64,000 nucleotides of DNA from the human T2T-CHM13v2.0 reference genome, Homo sapiens, in assembly GCF_009914755.1 (NCBI RefSeq), contig NC_060925.1. The stretch is one strand, 5' to 3'. The notes below the pieces were generated by a model that was not told where the DNA came from, made no database searches, and was given only the letters and a program-made list of their open reading frames with translations. Of the stretch, positions 54,241-64,000 are shown in pieces. Position 1 is the first letter of the stretch; every line of letters starts with the position of its first letter. A program made the translations under genes and the position numbers.

Positions 54241-54831
54241 CATGATGAAAATCTTAACCGAGGAAGTAGCAGGATGGGGAGGGGAGGGCATGGGCTTGGG
54301 AGACATTTGGGAAGAAGCCTTGTCATGCCTTGGGTTCCTGTGTTCGTTTCTTTTTTTCAACACATATTGACTAAATATAATATCTGGTAATAGGGAAGGT
54401 AGGAAAGAGAAGCAAAGGAAAGGGGCCTAACATTTATTCAGTTCCTACCCCGTGAAGGTGCTGGACTAGATGGTTCAAGTGTTTTAGCTTATTTCATTCA
54501 CATACTCTCTTTGCTATCTTGAGAACTCCTGTAATTAGTCATCCGGGAAACTACATAAGAAAAAGGTAATATACTATATATTTGCATAAAATCATTCCCA
54601 TTGTAAAATAGTAGTTCAAGCTTGTTTTTAGGTATAAAAGGATGTTGTATTTTATGTACTAGTTCTGTTTTTATTTTTTCTCTCATTTTTATTCATATAA
54701 CAGGTCTTTGAAGTAGAATAAAGTCTGGCAAATGGTCTTTTTCTAATTTTATAGATAAAGAAGCGAGTACAGAATTACACTGATTAGCTCAATTGTCAAT
54801 ATGGGACTGAAACTTCAATCTTTCATCCCAG

Positions 54832-54893
54832 GGAGTAAATAATTTAAACTATAACTTGAACCATGGAGTAAATAATTTAAACTGTAACTTGAA
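54832..54893. repeat. 29-nt direct repeat, two copies, period 33
   Basis: ggagtaaataatttaaact(a/g)taacttgaa. Confidence 0.9.
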
Positions 54894-55004
54894 AGCACAT
54901 AATCAAAAGATTTTTGAAATGGAAATATGCTGGGGTCCTGGAAGCATGGTTCAAGGAATCAAGCAGAATATTCTCTAGTAAAAGTCTTTGTAAGACTAAC
55001 TATG

Positions 55005-55110
55005 AAAGAGAGAGGAGACAGAGAGAAGTGAGGAGAGGAGAGGGGAGGGGAGGAGAGGAGAGGGGAGGGGAGGAGAGGGGAATGAGTAGGGGAAGGAGTA
55101 GAAGGGAGAA
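55005..55110 (+). repeat. (GGAGA/GGGGA)n polypurine tract
   Basis: Seen directly. Confidence 0.9.
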
Positions 55111-56138
55111 GACCAGTGGACGGGCCTCAAGTTTTTAGCTGTGTGCGTAAATTAACAAACACAAACAGAACAGATTTTAAAAGCACTGACATAGGAGGGA
55201 AGGAAGGGTCAACCTCATTATGACTTGTTGAGATGGGACTGGTGACAAAAACAGGATGATAAAAAGATAGGACATTTCAAAGACTACATTTAAAGGAGAA
55301 AAAGAAGCAAGCTGTCCTGGAGGCAAGACTAGGGGTGAAAATTGCTTGGACAGTTGTTGTTTTTTTTCTTTTTTTTGAGATGGAGTCTCAGTATATTGCC
55401 CAGATTAGTCTTGAACTCCTGGGCTCAAGCGTTCCTTCAGCCTCAGCCTCCCCAAGTAGCTGAGAGTACTACAGATGCACATGAGACTTGGATAGTTGTT
55501 GATTGACTGTTAACTCTAGAAACAAAGCATCTAATAAAATCTTGCCTTGCTTCTTATTGCTTGGAAGGGAGAAGTTATTCAATTTAGCAAACATTTCTGA
55601 ATTCCTGCTGCATGCCAGGTACTTTGCCAAGTACCCAGGATATTATGTCTGGTGAAGTTCAATCTCTGAGCCAGAAGAAAGTTCTGAGCCCTGATCTCTA
55701 TCAGATAATCCAGAACGTCCTCTCATGGCCTACAAGGCCCTTCATATTCTGATCTCTGACTGTCTTTACAGCTTTATCTTCCAAAGTAACAAAGATAGCT
55801 ATCATTGATTGAGTTTAAGTGCTTTGCATGCCTTACCTTCCTTAATCAGATCTTCACTCTTCCAGCTGTAGTTGCCATTTCCAGTGGAATTCTTTTGTCC
55901 CTCATCAGTTATCCCCTTCTTTTGAACATTTTCATCCTCTATTTTGTCATGGCTGTTTCCCTTTGGGCAATAAACATGCTTATTGACATGTAAATGAAAA
56001 CTGAATGTATTTTATATTCAAATTGAGTGTCTGAATATATCTGTTATAAATAGAATGGCTGGCTTAGAAAACATGAATTAGAGATTTATTTTCCAGGTAC
56101 TATAAAAGTGATTCTTGGAAATCATTATATTTAAATAA

Positions 56139-57837
<1,699 letters not shown>

Positions 57838-58189
57838 TATTCTCAAATTTTTTTAAAAAAATCACTCTATTTATGAATTTCCTAGTTAGTTTTGAATGCT
57901 CTGATAAGTGAGAAAGTGGAAGTGAGAAAGGAAGATGTGAGGGTTATTGAGTGTTGTAACTGTAGTTAATTAATGCCTTCTGAGATAGCTGGATCTGGGG
58001 AGCCACATCCACCTCACTCCAGCGGGCGTGATTTTGGCTCCTGATTGACATCCTACCTGTGATTTTTTTGTTTTTGTTTTCTAAAGACCAGAAGGATACT
58101 AACTCATGCCTTCCTTGGCATCTCAGTGTTGTCTTACTGAGCTTACTACATGCTCTGGTCCCAGGGCTCCAAGTTCTGACCCACTGTTA

Positions 58190-59010
58190 ATCCTTTTTAT
58201 TTATTTGTTTCCTCTTAGCATTTTGCTTTGGAGAAATTACAAGCCATTGGAAAAGTTGAAAGAACAAGCTGATGATCATCAAGATCCTGTTAACTAGATT
58301 CCCCAGTTTACATTTTAACATTTTCCACATTTGTCCTATCTTTGTAGATGGATAGATAGATAGATGATAGACAGATAGGTAGATAGATAATAGACATTTT
58401 TCTGTACAATTTGAAAGTAAGGTGCAGAGTTTTTGATATTTCCTCAAATATCTCAGTTTGCACCTCCTGAAAAAACAAAGTTTTTCTCCTTCATAGCCAT
58501 GGTACCATTATCACACTAAGACAATGGACTTAATTCTTACATTAATTATTTAATAATTAACTTACTAATCACAAGGGCAAAACTGTTCTGTGGTTCAACA
58601 CCTTAACCAAATGATCCAATTTAATATCACCAGTAGTGGGACAGTCTGTCATTATGTGCCTTCTGATGTGATGCAGTAAGAAATACATATCACCTACATA
58701 GTGTCTGTGCCAAGGTGTTTAACCTGAATTTGATCATTTAAAAAAATCAGATGAATTCAATACACAGGACATGCTACAAGCCAGCTGGCCTGAACTCTTC
58801 AAAAGAAGGCAGTCACATGAGAAAACAAAAATGGAGAGGGTGAGCTGTTTCTAATTATAAGAGGCAAAAAAGACAGAATAGCCAAATGCAATGAGTAAAA
58901 TTTATTCAAACACAGATATATAAGGGAAAAAGACATACTTGGGGGGGCAATTGGGTACATTTTAATATAGACTATAATGACAATATTGACTCCTTGTTAT
59001 TCTTATATAT
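58190..59010. mobile_element. Old L1M 3' fragments with a (GATA)n tract at ~58345-58395
   Basis: L1MC/ME-like 3'UTR text. Confidence 0.55.
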
Positions 59011-59929
59011 AATAAATCCCTGTTAGTAGTAGTTTTGGATTCCAGTTCTAACTTGGTTTTTTCTTTTGCTATTGTTACTCTTGTTTCACTGAGCACATGG
59101 AACTATATATCTTATATTTTAATTTAAAAAGGAAGTATTTTCTGTCTTATTGCCTTGTGGAAGGTTTTGTAATGATTTGTTTCCAGAAGGCTGCCACCTT
59201 GCTGCCTTTCAGGTGTTGAGTGGATCACTGAGGGAGCTCCACTCTCTGGGATCTTCAGGACTTTTGCATTGCTGATCGTGGACTGGAGTTTTTAGGATAG
59301 GGGCCCAGCAAAAGAATGAGAGGAGTCAAGGCCAAGCGTGAGCAAGCCCCATATGAAGAAATAGATGACTCACCTCTGTGGAAGGTGGAGCCAAGCATCT
59401 CCAGGGCTGTAGATGTCCTAAAATACAGATTTGTAAAAGTCTGTTGTAGTTCTGTGTAGAATTTGGTCATCCTTTCATTTGGAAAAGTGAGTGGTAGGAT
59501 TTTTGTTTCCTAAAGATGACCTGTTTCCAGATCCTGTTTTATAGCATTTTTCGTTCATTCATTAATTTCTCACTCAGCAAATACATATTGAGTGTCTGCT
59601 GTGTGTCAGGTACTGTGCCAAGTGAAAGGGATTATGGAAAAGACATTATGTGTCACCTCAAGTTTTCAATCTAGACAGGGAAACCAACATTAAACACAGG
59701 TAAACCTTCAGTTACATCCGCGGTAAGTAAAAGCAGGGAGCGTGAGAATACCAGAAAGATGCCAGTCTGAGATGCTATCTCAGAGTCTAGCTCTGAAGAT
59801 GCTTACGCCACACCTCCGTCCTCAGCCCCTAGTTACTTCCAGTCCCTGACTCCCTGATTCTGGCGCGTTCTCTTTCCTAGTGTAAGAGCGAGAACCAGCT
59901 AACTTAATCCATGAGTACCTTGTATATCA

Positions 59930-60440
<511 letters not shown>

Positions 60441-60809
60441 TACTTGGGGGGACACAAAAATATAGTTATGCAGGAATTCTAATTCAAAGATTAAGGAAGT
60501 TCCCTTTTTCTTGTGCATACCCTTGTTCAGCATAGTTACCAAATAAAAGATTCAGAATACCAAGGACACAAACCAGGAGTTTTTTTTTTTAAGTCCCTTT
60601 TATTTTCTCCTCAATATAATATTAAGTAATAAATAATTATGACTTTCACTGATCTTCCTTCCTTAACCTAAGCAGTAAAGATCTCCCTATCTTGCAAGAG
60701 GCAGGTGAAGGAGATTTGTCCACAGTCAGCCTCCATTGACCACAGTATGGTCAGTGTTTCCCTGGAGGTGAGGTGACCTGCCTTCTATTCCTTTTTCTTC
60801 CTTTCTTGT

Positions 60810-61520
60810 AGATAATAGTTTTCTTGAAATATAATTTACACACCATACAATTTACTTACTTAAAGTTCAAAATTCAGTGGTTTTTAGTATATCCACAGAG
60901 CCGTGCTAACAGCACCACAATTACAAACATCACCACAATTCATTTTAAACATTTTCATTACCCCAAAAAGAAATCCTGCAGCCATTTGCTGTCAGGGCCC
61001 ATTTTCCCTCAGTCACCCGTATCCCTAGGGCAACCACTGATCTGCTTTCTGTCACCGTAGATTTGCATGTCCTGGACATTCCATATAAATAGAACCATAT
61101 AATATGTAGTCTTTTGTGACTGGCTATATGGGTTTTTGCACTTAGGATAATGTTTCAAGGTTTGCCCATATTATAACATTTATCTCATTTCTTATTATGG
61201 CCAAATAATATTCCATTATAGGATAACACCACATTTTATTTATCCATTCATCAGTTGATGAATGGATAAATATGGATGATATTTAGGTTACTTTCACTTT
61301 AAACTCTTATTATCAATAATACTGAACATTTGTGTACAAGTTTTTGTGTAGACATACTGTTTTCATTTCTCTTGGGTACTGGCAGTGGAATTGCTGAGTC
61401 ACATGGTAACTCTATACTTAACTTACTGAGGAACTGCCAGACTGCTTTCCAAAGCTGCTACATCATTTTACATTCCCACCAGCAGTGTGTGAGGGTTCCC
61501 TTCCTCCCTGTGCCCTCCAT
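60810..61520 (-). mobile_element. L1MB 3' fragment
   Basis: gaaatataatttacacaccatac..ggcaaccactgatctgctttctgtc..ggaattgctgagtcacatggtaactctat. Confidence 0.85.
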
Positions 61521-62094
61521 TCTTAATACTTATAATGATCAACAGTGATGACAACCCATTACAACTTCACATTTCTCAGTTGGGGCGCTGAAAGCTATGT
61601 GTCCTCTCTTTTTTAATGGAAATATTATAAATTGCTAGGCGTACAAAATTTCTCATGAGAAAGTATAAAGACTTTGTTGAGCACCTTTCATTTTTGCCCC
61701 TTCTCTGGCTTAACTAAGTAATCTCTTGAGAATGGTATGGTACCATGCTCTTTTAAGGACAGCCTATCAAGTTCATCTTTTTCCCAGGTGAAAGGAGGAA
61801 TGTCATATGGCTAATGACTTCAGAGTCTCATCATGTCTAAGGGTCTCTGGCACATGTATATTATATAGGTCCTGCTATCAGAGAGATTCATATCTTTTTT
61901 ATTATTTGGGTTTTTAAAGCAAATCCCAGACATCATGTCATTTTACCCATGAATACTTAATTACACATCTCTAAGTCATACGATCTTTTTTAAAAAAGCC
62001 AATGTGTTATTACCTCACATTAACAATAATTCCTTAGTGTCTTCCAATACACAATCCATATTCAGATAACCCCAATTATTAAAAATGCCTTTTT

Positions 62095-63232
62095 GAGCTC
62101 ATATAGCCAAGACAATCCTAAGCAAAAAGAACAAAGCTGGAGGCATCATACTACCCAACTTCAAACTACACTTCAAGGCTACGGTAACCAAAACAGCTTG
62201 GTACTGGTACAAAAACAGACACATAGACCAATGGAACACAATAAAGAACTCAGAAATAAGACCACACACCTACAACCATCTGATCTTCTACAAACCTGAC
62301 AAAACAAGCAATGGGGAATGATGCTGGGAGAACTGGCTAGCCATATGCAGAAAATTGAAACTGGACCCCTTCCTTACACATTATACAAAAATTAACTCAA
62401 GATGGATTAAAGACTTAAATGCAAAACCCAAAACTATAAAAATGCTAGAAGAAAATCTAGGCAATACCATTCAGGACATAGGCACAGGAAAAGATTTCGG
62501 GATGAAAATGCCAAAAGCAATTGCAACAAAAGCAAAAATTGACAAATGGGATCTAATTAAACTAAAGAATTTTTGCACAACAAAATAAACTATCATCAGA
62601 GTGAATAGATAAACTACAGAATGGGAGAAATTAGTTCAACCATTGTGGAAGACAGTGTGGCAATTCCTTAAAGATCTAGATGCAGAAATACCATTTGACC
62701 CAGCAATCCCATTACTAGGTATATACTCAAAAAATATAAATCATTCTATTATAGAGATACATGCACTCATACGTTCATTGCAACACTGTTCACAAGAGCA
62801 AAGACATAGAATCAACCCAGATGCCAATCAATGATAGACTGGATAAAGAAAATGTGGTACATATACACCATGGAATACTATGCAGCCATAAAAAGGAATG
62901 AGATCATGTCCTCTGCAGGGACATGGTTGGAGCTGGAAGCCATTATCCTCAGAAAGCTGATACAGGAACAGAAAACCAAAAACCGCATGTTCTCATTTAC
63001 AAGTGGGAGCTGAACCATGAGAACACATGGACACATGGTGAGAACAACACATACTGGGGCCTGGTGCGGGGAAGGAGAGCATCAGGAAGAATAGCTAATG
63101 GATGCTGGGCTTAATACCTAGGTGATGGGTTGATCTGTGCAGCAAGTCACCATGGCACACATTTACCTCTTTAACAAACCTGCACAACCTGCAGATGTAC
63201 CCCAGAACTTAAAAGCTGATGGGAAAAATAAA
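62095..63232 (+). mobile_element. 5'-truncated primate L1 (older L1PA-like) ORF2 C-terminus and 3'UTR with internal deletions
   Basis: ORFs [21 protein letters not shown].. and MIDWIKKMWYIYTMEYYAAIK; degenerate TSD aaaa(t)gcctttt. Confidence 0.92.
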
Positions 63233-63391
63233 AAGCCTTTTCATAGCACTTTGGATCTGGGTCCAAACAAGGTCCACACATTTGGGGTTTTTTTAAACTT
63301 ATTTTTCATTCTAGATTAATTCTTTTCAATCATATTTAGACAAAGAAAACAATTACAAAATAATATGAGTATTTAGTAAGATATTCAATAG

Positions 63392-64000
<609 letters not shown>

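Noticed and set aside
62093-63114. ORFs resembling a reverse-transcriptase protein C-terminus
   Set aside because: Truncated, frameshifted L1 ORF2 remnant.

Overview
Human intronic DNA, dominated by Alu, L1, L2, LTR and DNA-transposon remnants. The only supportable protein-coding sequence is the first coding exon of ST3GAL3 (+ strand; acceptor at 20724/20725, ATG 20755, two in-frame donors after 20872 and 20917). Everything else is the upstream intron (1-20724) and a downstream intron of at least 43 kb; the next coding exon is not in the window. Two retrocopies are present: an internally deleted U6 snRNA pseudogene (959-1049) and a full-length disabled SUMO2 processed pseudogene (~28144-29380). 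Most ORFs in the supplied track are Alu or L1 read-through artefacts. I find no convincing new multi-gene system. The best second-look items are: (1) a young AluYa5-type copy whose only substitutions are A>G with all CpGs intact, possibly a retrotransposed ADAR-edited RNA; (2) a non-Alu ~140-bp inverted repeat enclosing a (TG)n(CG)8 Z-DNA tract; (3) an ATG-TGA start-stop element 2 nt before the ST3GAL3 start; (4) candidate intronic polyadenylation, cryptic-exon and recursive-splice signals; (5) fold-back (template-switch) insertions and serial Alu insertions at one site. Repeat subfamily names and most repeat boundaries are by eye from remembered consensus sequences and are approximate.
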